64,000 nt of DNA from contig JBEKCH010000003.1 of NCBI GenBank assembly GCA_050014975.1, positions 8,081 through 72,080 of the forward strand, written 5' to 3'. Positions 40,725-49,957 of the stretch are shown one piece after another; the first letter of the stretch is position 1, and each line of letters opens with the position of its first letter. The position numbers were made by a program, and so were the translations under genes. The notes beneath the pieces were generated by a model. It saw nothing but the letters and a program-made list of their open reading frames with translations. It had not been told where the DNA came from and did no database searches. This stretch comes from Candidatus Limnocylindrales bacterium. Lineage in GTDB: Bacteria > Chloroflexota > Limnocylindria > Limnocylindrales > CSP1-4.

Positions 40725-42093
40725 CCCGCTCCCCGTCGCGCTCGACGCGCTGCTCGAAGGCAGCCTCGTCGGCGTGCCGTACCTGGCCATCGCGTCGGGG
40801 GGCACGAGCTCGAGCGCACCGATGTCGCTCGTCGAGTTCTGCCTCGCCGCCGCGGCCGGACTCGTTTGGGCTCGCCTGCGCCCGCAAGAAGCGCCGCGGG
40901 CGCTCTGGATCGGCGCCGTGGCGCTCCTCGCCGGTGCTTTCGGCTGGATCGCCGATCCGGGGGCTCGCGCCGCACTTGCCGCCCACACCGATCCGCTCGG
41001 GGCGCTCGGCCTTCACCCCGCAGGCTGGCTGCTCGGTGTCTCGGTCGTGCGCGGCTCGGCCCACGAGCAGGCGGCCGACGAGATCGACGTCTCGACCCGG
41101 GCATTCGCGTATGCGTTCCCCGTGCTCGCTGCGTCCTGGTTGCTGCACCTCGGACCGGGCGGCTCGTTCGCCGGGCCGGCCCTGGTCGGGTCCGTCGTAT
41201 GCGTCGGCTCCGGGCTGCTCGCGATCGGCCACGCCCGCTTGCGAGAGCTCGAGCTGCTCGGCTCAGATGGCCGTGGCGGTCGCACCTGGCCGATGCTCGC
41301 GGCCGGCGTCGTGGTCGCCGTCGCGGCCCTGGCGATTCCGACCGCGCTCCTCACCGGGACCTCCGCGCGGGACGTCGTGTCCGCCATCGGCGGCCCGGTC
41401 GGTGGGGCGACCGGAGCGCTGTTCGCACCCCTCGGCAGTCTTCTGGCCGCCCTGGCATCCGCTCTCGGGCAGTTCCTCAACGGCATTCACCTGCCTTCGT
41501 TTCCCGGCCTGGGTGGAGGCGGGGCCGCCGGCGCGAGTCCCGCCCCGAATGCCGGCCCGAGCGCCGGCGGGTCGGGTCGAGCTCCCGTCGGGGGACCCAG
41601 CGGCTCCTCGCCGCTCGGCCTGCTCATCCTGGTTGGGCTTGCCGTTGTCGTGGTCGCGGTGACGCTGTTGCTTCGTCGGCTCCTCGCCGCGCGGCCGACC
41701 GTGCCCCACGCCGCGCGACCGCGCGAGGAACGACACCGAGAGCTCCATCGGCCACGCTTGAGCCTCCGCCTGCCGCTGCCGGCCATCCACCCGCGCCTCG
41801 CCCTGCGGCGGCATCCGACATCCGCGGCAGCGGCATACGTCGCGTTGCTGGACGCTCTCGACGACAGGGGCGAGCTAGCACGGGAGCCGGCTGAGACACC
41901 GGAGAGCCACGCCGAGCGGGCCGGCAGTCGCGGGCTGTCGCGCCTGCCGCTCGGGCTGCTGGCCGCGGACTACGAGCTCGCGGTCTACGGGCGAACGCGG
42001 ATCAGCGAGGCGGAAACGGTTCGTGCGCTCGGCCGCTGGCGCCGGCTTCGGCGCGTGGCCCGCGACCTGCCGCGCCGGGGTGGCCAGGCCTGA
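40702..42093 (+). CDS. Multi-TM protein with C-terminal DUF4129
   Basis: Many TM segments; REPAETPESHAER...YELAVYG. Confidence 0.82.
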   Translation: MRWSWRADPLPVALDALLEGSLVGVPYLAIASGGTSSSAPMSLVEFCLAAAAGLVWARLRPQEAPRALWIGAVALLAGAFGWIADPGARAALAAHTDPLGALGLHPAGWLLGVSVVRGSAHEQAADEIDVSTRAFAYAFPVLAASWLLHLGPGGSFAGPALVGSVVCVGSGLLAIGHARLRELELLGSDGRGGRTWPMLAAGVVVAVAALAIPTALLTGTSARDVVSAIGGPVGGATGALFAPLGSLLAALASALGQFLNGIHLPSFPGLGGGGAAGASPAPNAGPSAGGSGRAPVGGPSGSSPLGLLILVGLAVVVVAVTLLLRRLLAARPTVPHAARPREERHRELHRPRLSLRLPLPAIHPRLALRRHPTSAAAAYVALLDALDDRGELAREPAETPESHAERAGSRGLSRLPLGLLAADYELAVYGRTRISEAETVRALGRWRRLRRVARDLPRRGGQA

Positions 42094-42116
42094 ACCGGGT
42101 CGGCGTGCCTGCGGGC

Positions 42117-42193
42117 TGGTAGGGGAGGGAGGACTCGAACCTCCAACCGAGGCTGTATAAGAGCCGTGCTCTGACCAATTGAGCTACTCCCCC
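42117..42193 (-). tRNA. tRNA-Ile(UAU), 77 nt, CCA encoded
   Basis: GGGGGAG TA GCTC AATTGGTCA GAGC A CGGCT CTTATAC AGCCT CGGTT GGAGG TTCGAGT CCTCC CTCCCCT ACCA; anticodon TAT, discriminator A. Confidence 0.92.
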
Positions 42194-42259
42194 GCCAGGG
42201 CCCGATGGTACACCAGCCGGCCAGCGCGACGGCGCAGGTTGCGGCCCGCCGCGGCCGGC

Positions 42260-43504
42260 CTACTCCACGCCGCCGCGAAGGACTTCCATCACGGGGCGGT
42301 GCGGGATCGACTCCGGAGTGTGGGCGGCGACCAGGGCGACGCCGTCGCGGAAGCGGCGCAGCTCGCTGTCCGTGTTGAAGAAGCCGACGCTGATGCGGAT
42401 CGCGTCCAGCGGCGGGATCGTCCGGGCGATGGCCAGCGTCCGCTGCGACAGCTCGTGGAGCGCCGGCCCGGGCGTCCAGCCTGCGATGCGGAAAGTCACC
42501 AGGCCGGCCATTCGGTCGCGCGGGGTTATTACCTCGACGCCCGGGATCTCCGCCAGCATCGCCGCCGCCTCGCCGGCCAGGCGCGCGGTTCGCTCGTGGA
42601 TCCAGTTCAGGCCGACGTACATCGAGAGCCAGGCGGTGCTTCGGGCGAAGCCCAGGATCGAGGGTTGGTGGTAGCCCGCGATCTCGAACCGCCGGGCGTC
42701 GGGCCAGGGCTTTCCGGCGGCGGCCAGGTCGATCGATTCGAAGCCGGCGTAGCCGGCGAAGGTCAGGCGCGGCCGATCCAGGACCGCCGGCGAACAGTAG
42801 ATAGCGCCCGTGCCCTCCGGGCCCAGCAGCCACTTCTGGCCGGGGACGGCGTAGAAGTCCGCGCCCAGGTCCTCGACCGAGACGGGGATCGCGCCGACCG
42901 CCTGCGCGCCGTCGACCGCGACGAGCGCCCCGCGCGAATGGGCCAGCTCGACGACCTCGGCGATCGGGAGGCGCGCGCCCGTCGCCCACGAGACGTGCGA
43001 GATGGAGACGAGCCGGGTGTTCGGCCCGATCGCCCGATCCAGCGCCGCCAGCACTTCCGCCGGGTCGCCGCCAGTGCCGATGTCGGCGACGGTCAGCTCC
43101 ACTCCCTGCCGCTCGCGCAGCGCCCACAGCGGCGCCAGCGCGCCGGCGTGCTCGAGCGAGGTCGTGACCGCCTGATCGCCCGCCCGCCAGTCGATGGCCC
43201 ACGTCGCCACGTTCATGCCGTCGGTCGTGGCATGGGTCAACGCCATCCGGCGCGGCTCAGTCCCGAGCACCGCCGCCACGGCCGCCCGGGCCTCGTTCAT
43301 GCGCTCCGCCGAATCCTTCCAGTAGGCCATGTCGGCCCGGCCAGTGCGCAGCTCGATGCCCTCCAGCTCGGCCATCGCCCGGGCCGTCTCACGCGGCAGC
43401 GGCCCGCAGGCGCCCGTGTTCAGGTAGATGCCCGCGGCCGTGGCCGGCAGAGCCTCGCGGATCGCCGGCAGCTTCTCGTCGTCGGGCATGAATGGGCCAA
43501 CCAT
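42260..43504 (-). CDS. Class V PLP aminotransferase; cysteine/cystine lyase (C-DES)-like
   Basis: YLNTGACGPLP, SHVSWATG, VDGAQAVG, PGQKWLLGPEGTG; no IscS/SufS catalytic-Cys loop. Confidence 0.85.
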   Translation of the reverse strand: MVGPFMPDDEKLPAIREALPATAAGIYLNTGACGPLPRETARAMAELEGIELRTGRADMAYWKDSAERMNEARAAVAAVLGTEPRRMALTHATTDGMNVATWAIDWRAGDQAVTTSLEHAGALAPLWALRERQGVELTVADIGTGGDPAEVLAALDRAIGPNTRLVSISHVSWATGARLPIAEVVELAHSRGALVAVDGAQAVGAIPVSVEDLGADFYAVPGQKWLLGPEGTGAIYCSPAVLDRPRLTFAGYAGFESIDLAAAGKPWPDARRFEIAGYHQPSILGFARSTAWLSMYVGLNWIHERTARLAGEAAAMLAEIPGVEVITPRDRMAGLVTFRIAGWTPGPALHELSQRTLAIARTIPPLDAIRISVGFFNTDSELRRFRDGVALVAAHTPESIPHRPVMEVLRGGVE

Positions 43505-43559
43505 CGCTCCGTATGATAGGGGTCGCGACACGCCGTTCCGCCTCGTGGGAGGGTCGAGT

Positions 43560-44405
43560 TTGAGCCCGCTCGGGTACCGGCAACCGGAGCTGCTGGCAAC
43601 GCCTGAGTGGCTGGCCGAGAACATCGCCCGGCCGGGTCTTCAGGTCCTGGACGTGCGCTGGCGGCCGGACGGCTCCGGACGGCGCGTGTACGCCGCCGGC
43701 CACATACCCGGCGCCACGTACCTCGACTGGCGTGCCGACCTAGTCGAGCCGGACGAGAGCGACCTGCTGTTGCTGGCCGGCCCGCGGCGGGTGACGGCGG
43801 CGCTGAGCCGGGTCGGCCTGGGTAATGGCATGGTCGGAGTGCTGTACGACGATACCGGCAACTCCTACGCGGCCCGGGCGTGGTGGAGCCTGCGTGTCTA
43901 CGGCTTCGATTCGGCGCGGATCCTGATGGGCGGGCTGGAGGCCTGGCGAGCGCTGGCGCAGCCCGTCTCCGCGGCGCTGGAGATGCGGCCGCCGGCAACC
44001 TTCACGCCCCGCATGGAGTCGCGCCTGCGGCTGAGCGCCGCTGAGGTGCAGGATATGCTCGAGTCGGTAGACGTCCAGCTGCTCGATGCGCGACCGCCCT
44101 CGGAGTACTCAGGCCAGGCCGGAACGACGCGCCGGCTGGGTCACATCCCCGGCGCCCTGAATGTCTCGGCGGCCGCCACCACTGAACCTCGAACGGGGCG
44201 ATTCCGGCCGGCGGAGGATCTCTGGGCATTGCTGCGGCGGGCCGGGGTCAACGTCCGGCGGCGCCTGATCTGCTACGACGACGCCGGCCTCGGGGCGTGC
44301 AAACTGGCCTTCGCGCTGGCCCTGATCGGCCACCGGGACGTGGCCGTGTACGACGGCGGGTGGGCCGAATGGGGCGACCGGCTGGACCTGCCGGTCGATC
44401 GCTGA
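43560..44405 (+). CDS. Tandem rhodanese (SseA/TST-like) protein
   Basis: GHIPGA twice, AARAWW, LLDAR, VYDGGWAEW; active-site loop reads CYDDAGLGA. Confidence 0.88.
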   Translation: MSPLGYRQPELLATPEWLAENIARPGLQVLDVRWRPDGSGRRVYAAGHIPGATYLDWRADLVEPDESDLLLLAGPRRVTAALSRVGLGNGMVGVLYDDTGNSYAARAWWSLRVYGFDSARILMGGLEAWRALAQPVSAALEMRPPATFTPRMESRLRLSAAEVQDMLESVDVQLLDARPPSEYSGQAGTTRRLGHIPGALNVSAAATTEPRTGRFRPAEDLWALLRRAGVNVRRRLICYDDAGLGACKLAFALALIGHRDVAVYDGGWAEWGDRLDLPVDR

Positions 44406-44437
44406 GCGCTCCTGCGAGGCGGCGCCTTCGTCGCCGT

Positions 44438-45004
44438 CTACCAGGGGTTCTGGTCGCCGCCCACGTCGAAGTTCGCCGGCCCCCCATCGCCGGCCCACTC
44501 GACGCCCGCCGCGATCGAGACGTGGGCCCGGCCATGGTTGACGACGAGCAGATCCGCGTTGGTGGGCAACTCCGCCACGCTGTAGGCCCAGTACCTCGCG
44601 CCCGTGACGGGGACGAAGCGCTCCCCGTACGCTTCCAGAGCGAGACGCAGCTCGGCCTCATAGGGCAGGTGGATCGTGCCCTGGACCGTGAACGGCGGCA
44701 GCAGTAGCGTCGCCTTGACCGGCTGCTTGGGCATGCGCAGGTTCGAGCCCGATTCGGTCGGCTCGCTCGAATGCACGAACAGCAGGTCGCTCAGTCGAAC
44801 CTGGGCCACGATCCCATTGGCCACTACGCGTCGCGAACCGAGCTCCATGAACGTGGCATCCTGGAGGACCAGGTGCGCCGTATCCGGGTCGTTGACCAGA
44901 TCGGTGAGGCGGCGGACGCGCGTCAGGACCGTCCCCTGGATGATCAGCTTGTCGGTCACGAGGGTGAGTGGCAGCTCCTGCACCGGGTTCATCGAGCCGA
45001 ACAT
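44438..45004 (-). CDS. Hypothetical protein with two tandem small beta domains (DUF6812-like)
   Basis: Repeated I/V-QGT-V/I; RRLTDLVN, RFVPVTGA; leaderless start. Confidence 0.7.
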   Translation of the reverse strand: MFGSMNPVQELPLTLVTDKLIIQGTVLTRVRRLTDLVNDPDTAHLVLQDATFMELGSRRVVANGIVAQVRLSDLLFVHSSEPTESGSNLRMPKQPVKATLLLPPFTVQGTIHLPYEAELRLALEAYGERFVPVTGARYWAYSVAELPTNADLLVVNHGRAHVSIAAGVEWAGDGGPANFDVGGDQNPW

Positions 45005-45119
45005 GGCCGCAGAATAGCGGCCCGCCGCGTTCGATTGGATGGTCCGTCCGGGGGAGCCGGGCAGGACGTTCGTTCGTGCGCCGGCCGCAGGCTCCGGGAC
45101 CGCAGACCGGCTGCAGGCT

Positions 45120-46883
45120 TCAGCGGCGGATCGGCTTGCGGGCCTCGGCAGTGACCAGGTACTCGGCCCCGGTCTGGAGCTCGCCGTACAACCGTTCGAC
45201 CGTCTGCAGTGTGTCGATCTCGGCAGCGCTCTTGTCGGGACGGATCCGGACGATGCGAGGGAAGCGCAGGGCGAAGCCGGACTGATGGCGCCTGGAGCGC
45301 TGGATGACGTCGAAGGCGACCTCGACCACGACCGTCGGCTCGACCAGGCGGTAGCGGCCGAGCTGGCGAACGGTGTGGGCCTCGAACCAGGCCGTCATGT
45401 CGGCCAGCTCGGCGTCGGTCAGGCCCGTGTAGGCCTTGCCGATCGTGACGTACCCGTCCGTGGCTTCGTCGCGAACCGCGAACGTGTAGTCCGACAGGAC
45501 GCCGTGGCGCTTGCCGTGGCCAACCTCCACGGCCACGACCACGCAGTCCAGGGTCGCCAGCGCACGTTTCATCTTGAGCCAGCCCAGGCCACGCCGGCCC
45601 GGGGAGTAGCCGCTGTGCGGGTCCTTCACCATCAGGCCCTCGTTCCGCCGGGCCCGCGCCTCGTCGAAGACACGATCGAGCGCCTCGACCGAATCGGCGG
45701 TCACGAGGTGCGAGAGCGCGAAGCGCCCGCCCTCGCCGACAACCGGCAGCTCCAGCGCCTCGAGGCGACGGCGACGCTCCGCGAGAGGAACGTGGAGCAG
45801 CGGCTCGACGGCGGCGGCCTCGGTCGCGTCCGCGCCGTCGTCGGATCGCTCTCCGGCGGCCGGCGATACGGCCGCCGGAGATCCCATGGCCAGCAGATCG
45901 AAGGCGACGTAGATGACCGGAACCTCGGCCCGCACCTCGGGCGAGGGTTCCTTTCGGCCCAACCGCGCCTGAAGCGTCAGGAACGGCAGGACGTGGCCCA
46001 TCGCATAGGCCAGGATCTCACCGTCGATAATGCCGTCCCAGGGCAGGTCCCTCGCCGCCTCGACGATCTCGGGGAACTGATCGCTGACGTCGTTCAGGTC
46101 GCGCGAGAAGAGGCGCGCCTCGCCACCCCGGCGGTGCAGCTGGGCGCGGATGCCGTCGTACTTGTCCTCGACCCAGACCGTGGGGCCAAGCCGCGAGACG
46201 ATCTCGGCAGCATCCTCGGCCGGGGTGGCGAGCATGAACTTGATGGGGTGGAACAGCCGCAGGCGGGCGTCGGCCAGGCGCCCCTCTTTGGCGAGGACCG
46301 CGGTTTCGCCGGCATCGCCGGTGAGCATCCCCGCTATCTGCACCGCTGCCTGGGGCCGATCGAACGCCGCGGCGATGGCCGCTTCCAGCAACCCCTCCCG
46401 CAGCCCGATGCGCAGCTCACCGCTCAGGATCTTGACCACGTACTTGGCCGTCAGGCAGTCGCAGCGCCGCAACAGCGCACCGAAGGCGGAACTCTTGGCG
46501 ACCAGCCCGGGCGCGGCCTCGATCACCGCGAACGCCTCGGCCACTTTCGCCACCGCCGGAGACTGGCTCGGATCCGGCTGGTCCGCCCGCAGGGCAAGGA
46601 CGTCGGCGACGGCCTGGCCCAGGTCCGACGATCGGTCGTAGGCCGCTCCCAGCGCACCGGCCGTCGTCCCGGCCAGGTTCGTGACCGTGGCGGCGATGGC
46701 CGACCAGCCCAGGCCCACGGTGCGCTGGTCGGACTCCGAGAAGGGACGCCCCGTCAGGAAGACGGCCGCCGGTCGCAGCTCGCTGCCGGGAAGCTGAGCC
46801 AGGTATCGGGCCAGCAATGCCGTCTTCTCGGAGGTACGGGTAGTTGCGCCGACGCGATCGGCTACCTCGCTCCAGCCACGCAT
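45120..46883 (-). CDS. ATP-dependent DNA ligase (LigB/archaeal-type)
   Basis: EDKYDGIRAQ, IDGEI, AFDLL, EGLMVK, WLKMK, ALRFPR. Confidence 0.95.
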   Translation of the reverse strand: MRGWSEVADRVGATTRTSEKTALLARYLAQLPGSELRPAAVFLTGRPFSESDQRTVGLGWSAIAATVTNLAGTTAGALGAAYDRSSDLGQAVADVLALRADQPDPSQSPAVAKVAEAFAVIEAAPGLVAKSSAFGALLRRCDCLTAKYVVKILSGELRIGLREGLLEAAIAAAFDRPQAAVQIAGMLTGDAGETAVLAKEGRLADARLRLFHPIKFMLATPAEDAAEIVSRLGPTVWVEDKYDGIRAQLHRRGGEARLFSRDLNDVSDQFPEIVEAARDLPWDGIIDGEILAYAMGHVLPFLTLQARLGRKEPSPEVRAEVPVIYVAFDLLAMGSPAAVSPAAGERSDDGADATEAAAVEPLLHVPLAERRRRLEALELPVVGEGGRFALSHLVTADSVEALDRVFDEARARRNEGLMVKDPHSGYSPGRRGLGWLKMKRALATLDCVVVAVEVGHGKRHGVLSDYTFAVRDEATDGYVTIGKAYTGLTDAELADMTAWFEAHTVRQLGRYRLVEPTVVVEVAFDVIQRSRRHQSGFALRFPRIVRIRPDKSAAEIDTLQTVERLYGELQTGAEYLVTAEARKPIRR

Positions 46884-47021
46884 GGGCGGGATGGTATACC
46901 TTCGCTTGATGAAGTCCGCTCGACCCGATCCCGCCGACCCACGCTGGCGAACGAGCCGCCGCCACTCCGTGGCGGCGGGCTGGCGCCGGTGCGCCCGCGC
47001 GGCCCACGCCTGCCCTGCCCC

Positions 47022-47603
47022 ATGACGCTGGCGCCCGAACGTCAGGCCTGGCGACCCGAGGCGATCCTGGGCAGTCTCGTCGTGCTACGGCGCCACCGCG
47101 GCGAGAACCTCAAGGCGTTCATGCGCTGGTACTCCGACCCGGAGGTCGCCCGCCTGACCCGCTACCAGACGGGGCCCCTGTCGCCGGACGAGATCCAGCG
47201 ATTCTTCTACGGCCGGATCATGGGCGCCGACTTCCTGGCGATGGCGATCCACGTCCGCGAAACCGATCGGTTGATCGGGACCTGCGCCTTCAGCCAGCTG
47301 GACGGCGACAACGGATCGACGCTGTTCCACATCACGATCGGCGAGCGCGACGCCTGGGGCCACGGCTACGGGACCGAGGCCACGGCCCTGATGATCGCCC
47401 ACGCATTCACGCGGCTCGCCATCCACCGGGTGGCCCTGACGGTCTTCGAGTTCAACCCCCGGGCGATCCGCGCCTACGAGAAATGTGGCTTCACGATCGA
47501 GGGCCGCGCCCGCGACGCCATCTACCGGGACGGCCGATACTGGGACGAGATCCACATGAGCATCCTCGCCGAGGAGTGGGAGGCGAGGCAGGCGCAGCCC
47601 TGA
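47022..47603 (+). CDS. GNAT RimJ/RimL family acetyltransferase
   Basis: WGHGYGTEA, NPRAIRAYEKCGF. Confidence 0.9.
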   Translation: MTLAPERQAWRPEAILGSLVVLRRHRGENLKAFMRWYSDPEVARLTRYQTGPLSPDEIQRFFYGRIMGADFLAMAIHVRETDRLIGTCAFSQLDGDNGSTLFHITIGERDAWGHGYGTEATALMIAHAFTRLAIHRVALTVFEFNPRAIRAYEKCGFTIEGRARDAIYRDGRYWDEIHMSILAEEWEARQAQP

Positions 47604-47660
47604 GGTCGTAATCGTTGGTCCTCGGCGCCCGCCCGATCGACCAGGCCTCCGCCGGCAGGC

Positions 47661-48098
47661 CTAGCGGCTCGCGGCAGCCGCCTGCTTGGCCACGAAGGCG
47701 TCGATGACGCCCTGGAGCGTCGCTCCGCTGAGCTTCTCCAGGATCGCGCTCTCGGCCGCGTAGAAGACGTCGTGGACGCCACATTCGCCATCCTGCCCGC
47801 AGGCCGTTCCGCGCATAACGCAGATCTGGCGATGAGGATCGCCTTCGACCGCCTCGATGACCGTCAGCAGGGTCACCGATGAAGCCGGCTTGGCCAGCTT
47901 GTAGCCTCCGGCGCGACCGGGGTGAGCATCGACGAGCCCCGCTCGGGTCAGGTCGCCCATGATCTGCGGCAGGAAGCGCGGCGGGATCTTCATCTCCTCC
48001 GCGATCTTGCGGCTGCTCAGGAGACCGCCGCCTGCCTGGGTAAGGGCCAGCATGGCCCGGATCGCGTAGTCGCTGCGCTTGGTCAGATCTAGTCGCAT
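47661..48098 (-). CDS. Rrf2 family transcriptional regulator with three Cys (Fe-S-binding type)
   Basis: SDYAIRAM, GRAGGYKLAK, VIEAVEG, CVMRGTACGQDGECGVH. Confidence 0.92.
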   Translation of the reverse strand: MRLDLTKRSDYAIRAMLALTQAGGGLLSSRKIAEEMKIPPRFLPQIMGDLTRAGLVDAHPGRAGGYKLAKPASSVTLLTVIEAVEGDPHRQICVMRGTACGQDGECGVHDVFYAAESAILEKLSGATLQGVIDAFVAKQAAAASR

Positions 48099-48292
48099 GA
48101 TCGAACAGTATCGCGCCGGCTGCCGGAGGCAACCCCTGCCGTTGGTCCCGCCGTCGGGTGACACGCGGCGGAAAGTGCACCGAACTAGGTGATTATTCCG
48201 CCGCCAGGGCCGGACACGGCGGAGCGGCCGCTCGCGCGACCGCTCCGCCCGAGAGCCTCCTGGCGACGCCTGGCCGCCCACTGTTCAGTCGC

Positions 48293-49105
48293 TCAGCCGA
48301 TCAGGTAGCTGACCGTGACCTGGACTGTGATATCCGTCGTGCCGGTCTGGATGGGCGTCGAGACCGAAGCGCTGCCGGCCGCAAGCCCGGCCGTGGGGTA
48401 GTACGTGATCGGCGAGCTGGCGCTCACCTCGCTGATGGTAGCCACGCCCTTGATCGAAACGCCCGCCGCCTGGGCCAGCGCGTTGGCCTTCGCGTGAGCA
48501 TCGGCCATGGCTAGCTGGCGAGCCTGGGCTTCGACCGTGGTGGGGTCATCCAGCCGGAAGGAGATTCCCTGGACGGTGGTTGCGCCGGCAGCGACCGAGT
48601 CGTCCACCACGGCGGCCACCTTGCCCAGATCGCGGACGGTGACCGTGATCGTGTTGCTGAACTGATAGCCGGTCAGCCGCGGGGCCGACGAGCTGTAGTC
48701 GTAGACCGGGTTCAGGCTGAGGTTGACGGTCGTGATGTCCTTGTCGGACACGCCGTCGCTCTTCACGGCCGTGAGGACGGCCGTCATCGCGGAAGCGGCA
48801 GCGGCGCGCGCGTCCTTGGCGGTCGGCTTGGTGGCGGAGACGCCGAACGTCACGTCCGCCACGTCCGGGGTCACGCTGACGGTGCCGGCGCCCGAAACGG
48901 CGACGGTGTGCTCCGGGGTGGCGGAGGCGTCGGCGGCGGAGGCGGGATGGTTGGCGATGATCGGCCCGACCAGGATGCCGACCAGCAGGCTGGCGGCCGC
49001 GGTCACGGCTACGATGCGGCCGAGGGTCAGGCGGGCCGGCCTCGTCGGCTCCGGGGTCGCGGGCGCGGTCTCGAGTTTGGCGTTGCTCGGCTTCTCGTTC
49101 ATCAT
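48293..49105 (-). CDS. SIMPL (DUF541) domain protein
   Basis: VSGAGTVSVTPDVA, AMADAHAKANALA. Confidence 0.9.
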   Translation of the reverse strand: MMNEKPSNAKLETAPATPEPTRPARLTLGRIVAVTAAASLLVGILVGPIIANHPASAADASATPEHTVAVSGAGTVSVTPDVADVTFGVSATKPTAKDARAAAASAMTAVLTAVKSDGVSDKDITTVNLSLNPVYDYSSSAPRLTGYQFSNTITVTVRDLGKVAAVVDDSVAAGATTVQGISFRLDDPTTVEAQARQLAMADAHAKANALAQAAGVSIKGVATISEVSASSPITYYPTAGLAAGSASVSTPIQTGTTDITVQVTVSYLIG

Positions 49106-49224
49106 CTTCTCCTGGTGGCGGCATCCCGGCCGGTTGGCTCGGCAGTCTTGAGGACACCGCCCAGACGTTGAGAGCGCGCGGACAGTTCCCGCCCGTTCCC
49201 GGGACCCCCGCTACGATTGGCTGT

Positions 49225-49785
49225 GTGAGCTCGAGCGAAACCAACCCCTGGCGTCGCATCTCGCGCCGCGTCGCCTATGAGAACCCGTGGATCGAGATCC
49301 TCCACGACGACGTCGTTCGGCCGGACGGGAAGCCGGGCATCTACGGCGTCGTCCACTTCCGGCATCTGGCCATCGGCGTCGTTCCGCTCGACACGGCGAC
49401 CGACCGCGTCCTGCTCGTCGGGCAGTTTCGCTACACCATGGACCGCTACTCGTGGGAGATCCCCGAGGGCGGCGGCGGCCTGGACGAGGAGCCGGAGGCC
49501 GCCGCGCGGCGCGAGCTGGCGGAGGAGACCGGCTACGCCGGCGGGGACTGGCGTGAGCTGTGCAGGGCGGAGCTGTCCAACTCCGTCACTGACGAAGTGA
49601 CGATCCTCTTCGTGGCCACCGGCCTCGAAGCGGGCCCGGCTTCGCCGGAGGGTACGGAGCAGCTCCAGCTGCGCTGGGCTCCGTTCGACGAGGCCATGGC
49701 CATGATCGCCCGCGGCGAGATCGCCGACGCGATGTCGATCCTCGCCCTGCAGCGACTGGCGCTGGAGCGGGCGACGACGCGTTGA
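49225..49785 (+). CDS. NUDIX hydrolase (ADP-ribose pyrophosphatase-like)
   Basis: EIPEGG...AARRELAEETG Nudix box. Confidence 0.92.
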   Translation: MSSSETNPWRRISRRVAYENPWIEILHDDVVRPDGKPGIYGVVHFRHLAIGVVPLDTATDRVLLVGQFRYTMDRYSWEIPEGGGGLDEEPEAAARRELAEETGYAGGDWRELCRAELSNSVTDEVTILFVATGLEAGPASPEGTEQLQLRWAPFDEAMAMIARGEIADAMSILALQRLALERATTR

Positions 49786-49957
49786 GGCTGCTCCGCCCGC
49801 CCGCCTGGCGGTCCGGCGCGAGCGCCCGGGCCGGCCATGCGCCATTCCCGATGGGGCGATGTATGATCCAGTTGCATGCAGGGTGTATAGGGATTATGCG
49901 TTCGAGCCGGGCCCGCCGACCCCGGCGGCAGAGATGGCGACAGAGCGGAGGCGCGTC

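Noticed and set aside
42093-42260. Integrative element or prophage at the tRNA
   Set aside because: No integrase, no duplicated tRNA 3' end and no compositional shift on either side
45039-47021. 854-aa ORF 45039-47603 and other long antisense or alternate-frame ORFs (e.g. 3806-5851, 17789-19597, 30838-32766)
   Set aside because: Shadow ORFs from high GC3 on the opposite strand of real genes; only 47022-47603 (GNAT) is credible
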